Source: Botryllus schlosseri
Taxonomy: Eukaryota
Length of the DNA stretch: 64,000 bases
Reading direction: 5' to 3'
Assembly (NCBI GenBank): GCA_051294905.1
Contig: CM119381.1
Coordinates: forward strand, 24,552,001-24,616,000
Shown: piece by piece, positions 25,001-34,664 of the stretch
How positions within the stretch are numbered: the first letter of the stretch is position 1
Layout of the letters: each line of letters opens with the position of its first letter
Notes under the pieces: generated by a model
Database searches by the model: none
Told to the model about the DNA's origin: nothing
The model's input: only the letters and a program-made list of their open reading frames with translations
Translations under genes and position numbers: made by a program

Positions 25001-27464
25001 GAACAGTTGTTACGGAGTTCTTCTCTGCGAGTGTGATGGAGTACTTGCGACCAAACGGGCGAAGGCCGAGGAATTTCGATAGGGATTCACTGATATAGCA
25101 TTCATAAGCACCGGAATCTATCAAAGCCTTCACGTTATATTGCGCAACGGAGACGTCGAGGCAAGAATACCGAAGAGAGTCGGGTATTCCAGCAAGTGCC
25201 GAACCAGAGACTAACGAGTTCAACGAGGCAGCAGGTTCTCCTCCGATACGCAATCTGCACACTTTCGCATAGTGTCCCCGCACGCCACAATGAAAGCATG
25301 AAGCATCTTTCGCGGGACAGGATTTCCGTGTTCTTTCGTGAATTTCTCCGCAGAAAATGCACTTCTTCTTCAATGTATTCGCGGCAGGCACATCGCTCTT
25401 GAACGCCGATAAATTGGAACTATTAGCAGATTGATCGCTGTTGACATTCAGAACAGGTTGACTCTGCGGCTCATAGGAACTAGAAAACTTCTGTGCCTGT
25501 TCCAGACACTCTGCAATTTTAATGGCCTTTTCCAGCGTCAAATCGTCATGTTCGAGTAAGCGCAGACGAATAGCTGACGAGTGTAGACCAGTAATTAGTG
25601 AATCCCGTACGGCTTCTTGTCTGTGCTGGTCCGCCGATACATTCTCGAACGAACAATCACGAGCAAGCATGAGCAAATCCTGTGAGAACTCGGTGATAGA
25701 TTTGCCTGGATCTTGTTTCGCAATGGCCAGCAGATGCCTTGCATAAATGACGTTCTTTTTCTTTCGATACCTGGATCGAAGCAGGTCCATTGCTGCCGTG
25801 AAGGTATCTAGCTGTTCGAACAATAAATAGACGTCGGGAGACACATACCCTGTAAGGATCGCCAACTTATCGATGACATGTGCGGGAGGGTTTTCACGAG
25901 AGTTAGGAGGTGGCGTATTTGAAGTCTCAACTGCAGTGATAAAATTGTTGAGCATCTTTTCCCAGTGATTGAAGACCTTTAGGGAATCCGGAGAACTTGG
26001 AAGGATTTCGAGTATTGGCACTCGAATATACTTTTCCTGAGAACCAGCCATGATCTTCAGATTTAGTGAATAAAATTGTTGTGACCTTGCGAGGAAAACC
26101 CACCAATAGACATACGGCTTTCTAGGCTTTTATTCACTAAAAGTGTAGACTATGCTACAAAGAATATAAACGTTAAAACAGAAGTAAACCAGGAAACACA
26201 TGCTACTCTCAGAACGCCCTACACCAGAATGATGAACTAACAGATAGACAAACGCACGAAGTAATTACTAGCGGAAATGAAGAGAAGGTAGACACCTAAC
26301 GGATAAATATAACACCACACTTCCATGCTGTAATTTTAATTCTAATTTAATTTCCGGTTTGTTTAAAAATGCTACAGGAGAGCTTTATAGTGCGACAAGA
26401 GCAGAGCTTGATGTACAGACATTCTTCAGTCTCGTGCTTATGAAGATGGACTCTAATTTGATAGGAACTGAACTTTGTTTTAAATTTCAAGTTTTCACAA
26501 ATTCAGTAATTCTAATTCTATTTTTTTTTTGCGAATCAAGTAAAAGTTTATTATGTTTTTTAATCTAATTTTAAGAGTTTCTTGGAGGTACAGAACTTCA
26601 ATATACAATATACAAATATTTTCACATTAAAATATACCCGAATACTCGTCAGGGTTTAATCGTCAGCAATTAGTAGAACATCTAATTTGGTAAAGACTGT
26701 AGATGTCATTCCAATTCTAATGTTTTTTAAAGAATCTGAATAAATTTAAAATACGTTCAACTCTAATCTATCACATACTGATCCGTGAATGTGTTCTCAG
26801 GAAGTGACTCGCGCTCACAAAGGCTGGGCGCTGGACACGGTCCGCATCTCAAACGAAGTGACCAAGTTCATGAACAAGGAAGACGTGTCCGTACCGCCTC
26901 CTGAGGGGGTGTACGTCTACGGGTTGTATTTGGAAGGCGCCGCCTGGGACAAGAGGGGCATGAAGCTGATCGAATCGCGCTCCAAAGTCCTGTTCGAGCA
27001 GATGCCGATTATTTTGATCAACGCCGTTAGTTCTGGTGAGTAATGACCAGAACTGGTCTGAGTATAGCCATCGTTAGTACTCAAGCCGAGGGGGCATTGT
27101 ATATTTATAATAAAGTACTGCTACCTTCATTTACTACTTCAGCTGTAAGCAGTTTAAATATGTGTTGGAAATCGTTACCTGTAATTGAGTACTCCTACTT
27201 CTAAATGAGGACCAACGAAGACGACTTTGACCACCTCTGTAGAGACTAGGGACATTATTTGTGTAGTAAAATGCGTTAGCTGAGCGATATTACATTTTCT
27301 TTCCGCTACCAGGCAAGCAAGACCCGAGATCGTACATATGCCCCATCTACAAGAAGCCCCAACGCACGGATCTCAACTACATAGCCGACGTCGAGCTCAA
27401 AACGATACAAGGCACCGAGCATTGGATACTACGAGGAGTCGCTCTGTTGTGCGATGTCAAATAA
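1008..27464 (+). CDS. DNAH5: Axonemal outer-arm dynein heavy chain (DNAH5/DNAH8-type, gamma class); 3' part only (AAA4 to C-terminus, ~1669 aa in 30 exons); gene starts upstream of the window
   Basis: GT-AG exons with consistent phases: 1008-1147, 1647-1781, 2187-2310, 2370-2527, 3066-3182, 3751-3933, 4617-4816, 4958-5159, 5845-6012, 6473-6592, 7260-7473, 8165-8268, 8468-8602, 8973-9128, 9511-9693, 10394-10564, 10967-11154, 11652-11842, 11941-12068, 13320-13469, 13929-14174, 14721-14940, 15540-15779, 16922-17091, 19001-19216, 19362-19442, 20526-20657, 20721-20873, 26801-27035, 27313-27464 (TAA 27462-27464). They sum to 5012 nt = 2 + 1670 codons. Motifs: AAA4 P-loop [11 protein letters not shown], stalk [66 protein letters not shown]-terminal [18 protein letters not shown]5 versus DNAH8 orthology cannot be resolved by eye. 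Confidence 0.96.
3498..3695. repeat. Two oppositely oriented fragments of the ~170-nt hammerhead-motif repeat
   Basis: 3498-3563 matches the left half of the repeat (...ttgaaataaacccgaatattttcg); 3620-3695 is the reverse complement of the right half (...ctgacgattacccctgacgagtatcag). Confidence 0.7.
7060..7170 (-). repeat. Copy of the ~170-nt hammerhead-motif repeat (GAAA changed to GAAC)
   Basis: + strand cccgaatatgttcggctgacactcgtcaggggtaatcgtc at 7091-7130, with flanks shared with the other copies. Confidence 0.75.
12461..12945. mobile_element. Non-autonomous DNA transposon (MITE) with long TIRs and TTAA target site, Kolobok-like
   Basis: TTAA|AGGGGCACTGCACCCTAAAAATGATGTGGTCTCAAATTGAA...TTCAATTTGAGACCACATCATTTTTAGAGTGCAGTGCCCCT|TTAA; a second subterminal inverted pair (aacgccaccgtaatggagttgcaatttattgaaa / tttcaataaattgcagctccatcacggtggcgttt); no ORF. 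Confidence 0.85.
14551..14660 (-). ncRNA. Dispersed repeat copy with an intact minimal type I hammerhead-ribozyme core (motif 14601-14640)
   Basis: Minus strand reads ATTACCC-CTGACGA-GTGTCAGCC-GAAA-CTAT-TC-AGGTTTA, i.e. CUGANGA...GAAA...UC in type I order. Activity is not shown; stem II is only 1 bp and the first stem I pair is mismatched in this copy. Confidence 0.5.
17761..18211. mobile_element. GACTC/GAGTC-rich hAT-like MITE, copy 2
   Basis: Ends CAGGGTTATAA...TTACAACCCCG; degenerate 8-bp TSD atatcaag/gtatcgag. Confidence 0.75.
19668..20474. mobile_element. GACTC/GAGTC-rich hAT-like MITE, copy 3, interrupted by a second MITE
   Basis: Ends CAGGGTTG...TTACAACCCTG; flanks gttggaac/gttccaac (6/8 identical). 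Confidence 0.7.
19931..20226. mobile_element. hAT-like MITE nested in the previous element
   Basis: Perfect 14-bp TIR CAGTGGTTCTCAAA...TTTGAGAACCACTG; 8-bp TSD ttctaaca/ttctacca (7/8). Confidence 0.85.
20923..21583. mobile_element. hAT-like MITE
   Basis: TIR-like ends CAGGGCCGGCCAACC...GGTTGGCCACCCCTG; flanks gtatagcg/gtgtaacg (6/8); interior related to 31965-32420. Confidence 0.7.
22080..22322 (-). repeat. 3' LTR
   Basis: 243-bp direct repeat of 26077-26319; adjacent to the polypurine tract. Confidence 0.97.
22323..22334 (-). other. Polypurine tract (plus-strand primer)
   Basis: Minus strand GGCTGGGGAGAT abutting the TG of the 3' LTR. Confidence 0.8.
22362..26051 (-). CDS. Gag-Pol polyprotein, 1229 aa (Gag with zinc knuckles, aspartic protease, RT, RNase H, integrase)
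   Basis: Uninterrupted [12 protein letters not shown] plus [14 protein letters not shown] knuckles (a Mag-like arrangement); protease LIDSGA; [11 protein letters not shown] / LPFG / YLDN; RNase [23 protein letters not shown]; integrase H-H-C-C zinc finger and IDFKGP...SDRG...QCERLN; no chromodomain. Confidence 0.97.
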   Translation of the reverse strand: MAGSQEKYIRVPILEILPSSPDSLKVFNHWEKMLNNFITAVETSNTPPPNSRENPPAHVIDKLAILTGYVSPDVYLLFEQLDTFTAAMDLLRSRYRKKKNVIYARHLLAIAKQDPGKSITEFSQDLLMLARDCSFENVSADQHRQEAVRDSLITGLHSSAIRLRLLEHDDLTLEKAIKIAECLEQAQKFSSSYEPQSQPVLNVNSDQSANSSNLSAFKSDVPAANTLKKKCIFCGEIHERTRKSCPAKDASCFHCGVRGHYAKVCRLRIGGEPAASLNSLVSGSALAGIPDSLRYSCLDVSVAQYNVKALIDSGAYECYISESLSKFLGLRPFGRKYSITLAEKNSVTTVLGCIEASLEIPGCNYGKVKFRVVKDLIADVILGLEFMKQHGKVVFEFGGPSKDLIISNGLHCAVAAARVSAPPQIFKFVDPEVRPVAVKSRNYSSDDRKFIASELSKLLRDGVVERSVSPWRAQVLVTKDFRHKKRLVIDYSQTINRFTPLDAYPLPKIENIVNDVAKGMVYSTIDLKSAYHQVPLSVSDRPYTAFEAGGSLYQFCRLPFGITNGVAAFQRFIDKFIAEHKLNGTVAYLDNVTIYGENQKEHDERLKAFMSAATNWGLTLNQDKCLFSVSKLSLLGHLISHNRIQPDPDHLKPLLDMPVPNDNRSLKRFMGMMAYYSKWIPSFSGKIKPLCQNCEFPLIGIQLEAINTLKTDLLRACLSCIYDDEPFQVECDASDHAIGAILSQRGRPVAFMSRTLSKSEMKYPAVEKEALAIIESVRKWGYLLIRNEFQLITDQKALSFIFRKSHPSKIKNSKLSIWKLELSSLNYEIIHRPGKEHVGADALSRLCSISSSSGMSLQQVHEALSHPGVRRLHHFVRAKNLPFSMEDVKKICSNCSVCAEFKPRFFKSNQVHHLVKATRPWERISIDFKGPVSGPKRFILVIIDEYSRFPFAYACRDMTSATVINCLSSLFSLVGLPEYVHSDRGASFLSKDVTAFLTRKGVATSKSTPYHPTGNAQCERLNQTLWKAIKLRLATQRLPERLWEQVLPDALHSIRSLLCTSTNCSPHDRFFSFDRRSMLGVSIPDWLLNGGTVLLRNFVRNKSDPEVVRVELLDANPKYALIRHRNGTESTVSVKDLAPCPREENDNGLDFRSIEPAVDLRSAEISNDQNGLLSQNSSDHHSNSPVDTRNDSHDTSIGRNDSDATVDEPPIRRSSRIRRAPDWYGDRTT
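26062..26075 (-). other. Non-tRNA primer-binding site complementary to the element's own 5' LTR
   Basis: Minus strand TTTTATTCACTAAA starts 1 nt after the LTR end; it is the exact 14-nt complement of LTR minus-strand TTTAGTGAATAAAA (26141-26128); no TGG-type tRNA PBS is present. Confidence 0.8.
26077..26319 (-). repeat. 5' LTR
   Basis: 243-bp direct repeat; followed by the PBS-position sequence and the gag ATG 25 nt later. Confidence 0.97.
26128..26170 (-). promoter_or_regulatory. LTR core promoter and poly(A) signal: TATA-like box, TTAGT initiator, AATAAA
   Basis: Minus strand TTTATATT (26170-26163); TATA begins 30 nt upstream of the A (26138) of TTAGT, a TCAGT/TTAGT-type initiator; AATAAA at +5 to +10. 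Confidence 0.6.
26586..26680 (-). repeat. Internally deleted copy of the hammerhead-motif repeat
   Basis: ggtacagaacttcaatatacaat...cccgaatactcgtcagggtttaatcgtcagcaattagtag; lacks the GAAA/stem II segment. Confidence 0.65.
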
Positions 27465-30400
27465 ACTGTACTGACTAACTGTAGCCGGGTTTTGCATTAG
27501 TTGATTAGTACAATGTTTTATTGATCACGATGTACGTACTGTAATTGCAAGGCTCGCGTTTAGAAAAGAAATCGGCTGTGGATAAGAAGATTTGTACGGT
27601 GATTCTGATTGCGATGACACGTTCTCAAAATGAAAAGGCAAATGCAGCCTCTGTCTTATGTTAATTCACATACGCACATCATCATCACGCGTTGTTATTT
27701 GGCGTAAATACAGACATATTTTATTGTACATTTGGGTTTGAATGCGGTTTCCGTCAGTCATGCAGCTGATATTCAAGGACAGTAACACGCCATTGGTTGC
27801 CCTATACCTACCGACTGTGTACGTATGTAGTACCGGTTATGCAGGATAGTAGAAATATGGCCTGTCAGACGGATTCCAGATTCGGTTTAATATTGATAGT
27901 TTTATCCTTTCCAAACACCGCAAGATTGCGATACAACGACAAGATAGAAGTTCGAGGAGAACACATCGGGCGCTATTAATTCGTACTTACAATTGCAATT
28001 TCTACCACTGAAACGAAGTACTCCGGTCACTGGTGAGTACGATTGTGGTTCAGGGGAATGCTGATTAAATCAGTGATTCACGACCGCATGCGGCTCCATT
28101 GTAGCCTTCTTGCGACTCTGATTGACCTCTAAATATGCCACAAAAGTATAGTAGACGACAGTTGTAGTTTGTTTCTATTAATGGTTATTATCAATTTCTG
28201 TATATAAATGCTATAATGAGGGATATTAGTTATGTCTAAAGCCGCTTATGAAAACCGGGAAAGAGAATTCTTACAGACTAGCATCAAACGCATGGATGAA
28301 TATTGAATACCCGACAGACAAAGATATATCTTGAGTTCTGCTGGTTATGGACCTTTATATATCGTCTCTGTGACGAGTAGCCTACGCTTCAACACAATTT
28401 TACTAACATCAAAATAACGGCTCCTTGGCAAGTATAAATTACAGTAAGTCCAATATTACTGGGCGTATAATCCTCCACAAACTTGTGCGTTACGTGCTGG
28501 CGTGTATGAAAAGCTCTTATATAATGAATTTGCTGGATGGTGAGGTCCAGAGGTAGGTTAGCTATACCTACCTTCAAATTTTCGTTATAAGTAGCCTACT
28601 CGAGTGTTTTCACGCGGCTCCATACGTACTCTGAAGTTTGAAATGCTGCTCCGACGCCCGAATGAATATTTGTAAAGTTTTATGAGAATTTATGACTTTT
28701 ACACATATTCTTACCAAAAGAGAGCCTTTTACAACGAAGTGAAATGTCATGTTTGACGGATACTACAGAGAGTTTGCCGGTCCTATTTATGATTTCACTA
28801 CGCGTACTTGGATTTAAGCCACAGTCCAATAAGGCGAATTTACACAATAACCACCTGGTAGCTGATCCACAAACAATGGCGACTTCGAGGCTAAAACGCC
28901 TACCCCACCCGTGGGGTAAAACGCCCCACCCTTTAAAGTACAGTAAATATGGATTCTGTTGCCGTTTATGGGTTCATCAATGACGTCTTCTCGGGGAACC
29001 CCATTTCTATCAAAATAACGATTCAACTGGTTAATATAGGCTATCCCTCTGACTAAGCAAGATACATTTCAAGAACTTCCGACTTTGTTTATGACTTATC
29101 ATAATCAGTTGTCATTTCTGGATGAAATTTGTTTTCAAAAGATCCGGTACGCGATGATGAGGTGGAGAAGTATGTATAGATCTGTATAGGGATTAAATAT
29201 TAATCTTTTACGGAGTGGCATGCGGTATTTAGTAAGGTATGACGGGGTAAAAAACCAATGGGTGCGTTTTGCCCCACCCATGTAGCAAAAGGTCAAATTG
29301 ATGGACATAGATTAATGATAATTTTACATATGATAATTTTTACTTGGACTTTCGAGACGATATTGGTAGAATGGGAACGATATCTTGCGCTCAAATTCCG
29401 AAATTCAATCCGTGTAGACTAGTTTGGTGGATATTATGACGTTTCCCGCTTAGGGTAGGCGCGTTGCCCCACTCTACCCTAAGTAAGTAGTTGGTTGCTC
29501 CGATAAAGCTGAAGTACTTCGTTAAACCGAACACCTCTGCCCCTAAGCAGATATGATTTTTGAACCGTTGAACACTCAAGTTGCTGGATTACAAATCACG
29601 ACTCTTTGTGATTTGAAATTCTGACTACGCAAACGTGACTCAGTCGGTTTTGAAGAACAAGCTCCTACTCCCGGCATTTAGCTAAACTAATAATCTAATT
29701 TTCCACAAGTCTGCGCGCACTCACCAACTCACTGTGGGATCCCTTGGACAACAGTGCGTAACGACTAAAAAAAGGTCATCACTTCGACTTTCTTGCGCGC
29801 GGCACAAGATTTTCTGTGTGCGGCGACATTGTCGCGCACGCACGCAGCTTAGAGGTAATATTGTATATAGCATATGTCATTTAATGAGCTGAAATGTGAC
29901 TCCAACTCTTTGCTTAACACACCCGCGTTACTCCCTACACCACTATAGGCCAACATGAAAACTGCAATCATGGGAGCTGGGAAATTTACTCTGCAAATCT
30001 ACTCCCGAATCTTCATCAATTGTGTTCACGACTCCGAGTCATATATTCATATATGCATTTGATTCATTATCATATCGAATTCAGGGCCCCAACGACTCCA
30101 ACAAGTAGAAAAGTGTCACTCTGACTCCGATTCCTAAGTGTCCAAAAAGGCATCGACATCAACTCCCTGGCCTGTGTGACGTGTAAGAGGTCGCCACATT
30201 CTTTATTCTCGTGACATGAATCTCCAGATAGACTAATATAATGAAATAGGCCTACTTACATCAACTCCCACCGGAAAGTCGACTCTTGCCTAGTTCTACG
30301 TTTGACGTATGCAAGCAATTGCCGGATTCTCAAAATTAGGCTACGATGTGAATTTTTCATCAAATATTTGGTAAGTCGTATGCGTATGCAGCTACGGAAT

Positions 30401-31964
30401 CACAATACAAAAATTCGGCCTGGTATAAATGACCATTGCCGTCGAAATACACCATGGATACCATAAACAACAACCTATTGCAAAAACAATGAACGAGAAC
30501 CGTTATCTACTCTGCTGAGTGTTAATTATTCGGCAGGACAGGTATAAATAAGTTAACGAGGTAAGTCGGAAGTGCATGAACCTTATCGTGTTAATAATAA
30601 CTGCGGCTATACAGGTCGACTACAGGTCACGGTTCTTCCTACATTTCCGGCATGCATGCATGATGCCATCGCCGAAACCGCAATTATTTTGCGATGTTAA
30701 TCTGGAAAAAACACTTATCAGCTCGAATACATAGCCTACAATTTATACGACCACAAACAAAATGTTGCCCGCAAGTTATCACGAAGAACAGAACCTCGTA
30801 GTTATCAGCTACCAAGTTGCAGTAATGATGATTGTGTCTCTGACTTTCTGTGGTGGTACCACCACGACATTTTCCTCGCTGTGTGAACACTTTGTGTGAA
30901 CATTGAACAGGTCGAAAATAGCTCGGGATGTGTTCATCTATTTGTATAAAATGGACTCCAACATGTCATGGAAGAACAGAGAAAAGAGTCAATTCCCGTC
31001 TGTATACCATCGAGGCGGTTTGACACAATGTTATCGAGTCAGCACTATAGGCATGCTATTTTGCTCTCTACGTACAATGACGAGCGCGGATCAGGGAAGC
31101 CAAAAGTAACAGTTTTACAAGCAAAGTATTTTAGCCAACCCGCCTTGGGTTCACACCCACAACCTATCGAGCGCAAAGCCGAACCCGCACTCCACCAATG
31201 CGCTATACTGTCGAGTCATGCCTTTTTCTATTACAATAAAAAGTATCCCAAATTTCCAATCGCAGGCTACTATGATTGGGACAAAAGATGCCTGTGATTA
31301 CCAGATCATTTCAGTCAATGTTACTCTACTGCAGTGGTTCCCAACCTTTTACGTCTCGTGGGCCCCTTTGGTCAGTATTTGAGCTAATACCCCCCTTCCT
31401 AAGAAAAAGTTGCCCGGTGACTAAAAATAGAGCTTTTTAACGCAGAACCATTGCTGACTGAGCACTTTTTTCCCAAACTATGTCGAATACGGACCGCAAT
31501 ATTATCATTATTTAACACTAGGTGTACTGTTATTTAGAAGATAACTGAATCAAAAGAAATTAGATCGTTACTTACCGTTCTGGCAGCATCCCGGCAAATT
31601 TGGCCTGTTTTTTTTACCGGTCGGGTAGCTGCTGATGAAAAAGAAATCACCACGTTCGCTTGAGATGGTCTTGAGTTGAATCGGTGAATTTCGTATGAGC
31701 TCAGCGATGTTGGCTAAAAAAAGGTAAACATTTTCATGAGCGGCATTGTGCTAAATTCCCTGCTTAGTAGCAATTTGGCCTATAGTCTCATACCGTCGAC
31801 CACAGTAAATCTCTTGAGGGCGATTTCGATATTAATTTATTTATTTCGTGTCTACTTATCCACTCACATCACTCAATTATTCGGCTGCCATATACCACAT
31901 TTATGTAACACAATGAGAGAAGGTGTGGGCTATCTGCTTCTCCATGTTGCAAGGTTGCCATACG

Positions 31965-32420
31965 GAGGGGTGGCCAACCTTTACGACCAAAGGGCCACAT
32001 GAAATTTACGAACTATTGCGCGGGCCATTTAAATGTTCATGAACTTTCTTTGTCGTGCGATAGGAGCGAGCCGGATTAGGTGACGAGGAAAACAAGTTTT
32101 ATCTTACTACCCATCAAAATCCATGACATTTATGTCATGAAAACTCAGTGTACAACTGTGCATATCAATCATACCCGCGCCATTAAGCGCGAAAATTTTT
32201 CGAAGCTAACATATGAATGTACTTGATAATATTGTTCCTTCCATATATTGCGGGTCGCCTCTGTATACCGCTGGACTCATCTTACAAGGACAGGACTATT
32301 CGCATGGATATATCGATATCGAAGGTTTCGGCCAACATGCGTCTATCATTTTGTGCAATGGTTTCATCGCCGACCATCTTTCCGCTTCCGTATTGGCGTG
32401 TTGGATGGCGCGTTCTATCA
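31965..32420. mobile_element. Partial hAT-like MITE related to 20923-21583 (opposite orientation)
   Basis: Starts GAGGGGTGGCCAACC; its interior gives a spurious peptide similar to that of the other copy ([10 protein letters not shown]) in the ORF track. Confidence 0.55.
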
Positions 32421-34664
32421 TAATTTAGAATATAGGTATACTCTATTCTGATCAGGTGAAAGAAATTTTGAGGATGGCGAATTTTTTTTTGTCATGTCAT
32501 AACACGACGTCATGGATCCATTGTAATAGTGAAAACATCTGACGTTATACAGTAACCAATTCGAATATTTAGTCGAGCAGGAGTGCAAAGGACCCTTTCT
32601 CTAACCCTGGTTACATATATGATGGTGTTTGGGGTTACCCCTACAGTGCGTATCTATATAACCTACATTGAATACCTTTTATGAATGATATGCAGCAAAT
32701 TGCTAATCGTTATAGGCCAAGTATATACAGAGGTCATTGCAGTCTTGGCCTACTAAAGTTACCGGCGTTCAAATATTTGTTCAGCTTGTAATCATTAGGT
32801 AGGCTGCGTGTATGGGTATAACCGTATAGCGGTTCTATGCATGCTCCCTACCGAACGGCGTATCAAGCACCTTTTGAATTTTCACTTTAATATTGTATTC
32901 GAATAAAACTTATCGCGTCATAAAGATTTTGCCGGTCTATGAACATCAGGTCGAATCGGTTCGTAATTTTCACCACTCCCCGTGTGTAAAGCGATTAAAC
33001 CAGCTGTCGACTGGATTATGAAGCTGTGTGGCTTTATCGTGGTCATTGGTCAATGGACATTCACTGCTTCCGTATTACCGATCGCCATTCAAATAGATTT
33101 ACACCAGGCAGATAAAGCTTTGATTCACGATTCACAATGTTTGTCAATGGCGTGGTTACATGCTGAATAACTGCTATATACTCGCATTTATAAAAGTTAT
33201 AGCGCTTGAACAAACTGAACTAGTGAGTGTAGTTCTCGTAGGTGGATAGGCAAGGTGGAGACAGAATTCGAGAATATAGGCTACTGCTGGTCTGGTGCTT
33301 TCATGGGACTCGCCATGTTATTGCGAACTTAGGCAATTTGGAGTCATCAATATTTACGTTACGTTTAGTATTGGATTTTACTTGATAATTTCCCAATCAG
33401 CCAACACTAGTTGGATAGTATAGTTATCATTACCCGCTGCAACAGTTACATTCGATGATACGTAGGCTATCTATTGGATTATTATCAGTATCAGTCGATG
33501 TACGAAATCGCAATGCATCTTGATTTTCTGACGGACCTCGCTGATGTATGAGACGAGGATACATGCAGCCTATTTGATTCATCTTCAAATGCAATAGGAA
33601 CGATCTATATCGTCTGCTATCGGTTCAACGAATTAATCATATGTTGGTAACTAGCGCCCAGTAATATATATCTTCATTCGTTCAACCTCTCAACATATTT
33701 TTAGAGTCGATAGCAGACGCCATGCAGATAATTTAAATCTTGTTAAAGCTTGTCACATGTTGTTTAACGTCTACTTTCAATTAAATCAAGTTATTTATAA
33801 CACGGGCTTTCCGAGCAGCGGTCCTACATCAAATTATTTTTATTATTGTTTCGCGTTATTCTGAAGATCAATTTGTATCCATAAATTTGCCTGTTGTGAC
33901 ATCACATGGAAAACAAAATCAACTTTCGTGTCTATAGGAGTAATGACGTAGAAAATGTAATTGAAAATTCTATTCCATACTCAAGCTCATATACAGAACG
34001 TTGTTCGGGCGGACTTGCACCTAATGTACCGCCCTCTATCTTCAGTCCTTTTCGGAGCTCATCGCCCTCATCGGATTTGTCAATGTATCTCTAGTCAGTA
34101 GCTTTGCACGAAGTCGACTCTTCCTTGTCCTAGGCTAAAACATTCACTCTCATGTATTTTTCTGAATACGCGATGAGAGAAAAACGGTCTCTCACGGACT
34201 TCGATCGGTGTTTCATCAATATGTCAAGTCGATAAATTTATAGTACTATGTGAATGGGATGGCTGTTCCCAATCGTATGATGTGTAGCTATAGTTTTATT
34301 TTTCGGCAGAGTATCAAATATATGACATTGTTTGATTTGCGGCTGTTGTAGCCTTTGATATTCTCTTCAGTTCAGTTTATTAATAATCATTTGCAAACAC
34401 CACAAGATTGCATTAAAATGAGAGAGGATAGGAAGAAGTCCAAACGACTTGCAGTAGTGTTTCAATCAAACAATATAAGCTTTGCCTATGAGGAAATTCG
34501 GGGTTTCAGGAATGTTCAGTATTTTGCGACAAGAACATGAGAATTTAAGGCATGTACAATGAATATAAAGTAATAGAATATATCATATAAATGACAAGTA
34601 ATGAAAATAAAGTAACGTGTGTCGATAAGGCAAAATCGTTTTGTCAGATCATGATACCGTAGGC

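Larger units (their letters stand above)
22080..26319 (-). mobile_element. Full-length, apparently intact Ty3/Gypsy LTR retrotransposon (4,240 bp), antisense in dynein intron 28
   Basis: Two 243-bp TG...CA LTRs (22080-22322, 26077-26319), identical by eye; 5-bp TSD CTTCC (22075-22079, 26320-26324); single gag-pol ORF; PR-RT-RH-IN order. Confidence 0.98.

Noticed and set aside
34035-34080. Minus-strand CCGATGAG...CGAAA resembling a hammerhead core
   Set aside because: CUGA is broken, and no stem I, stem III or cleavage triplet can be formed; single copy.
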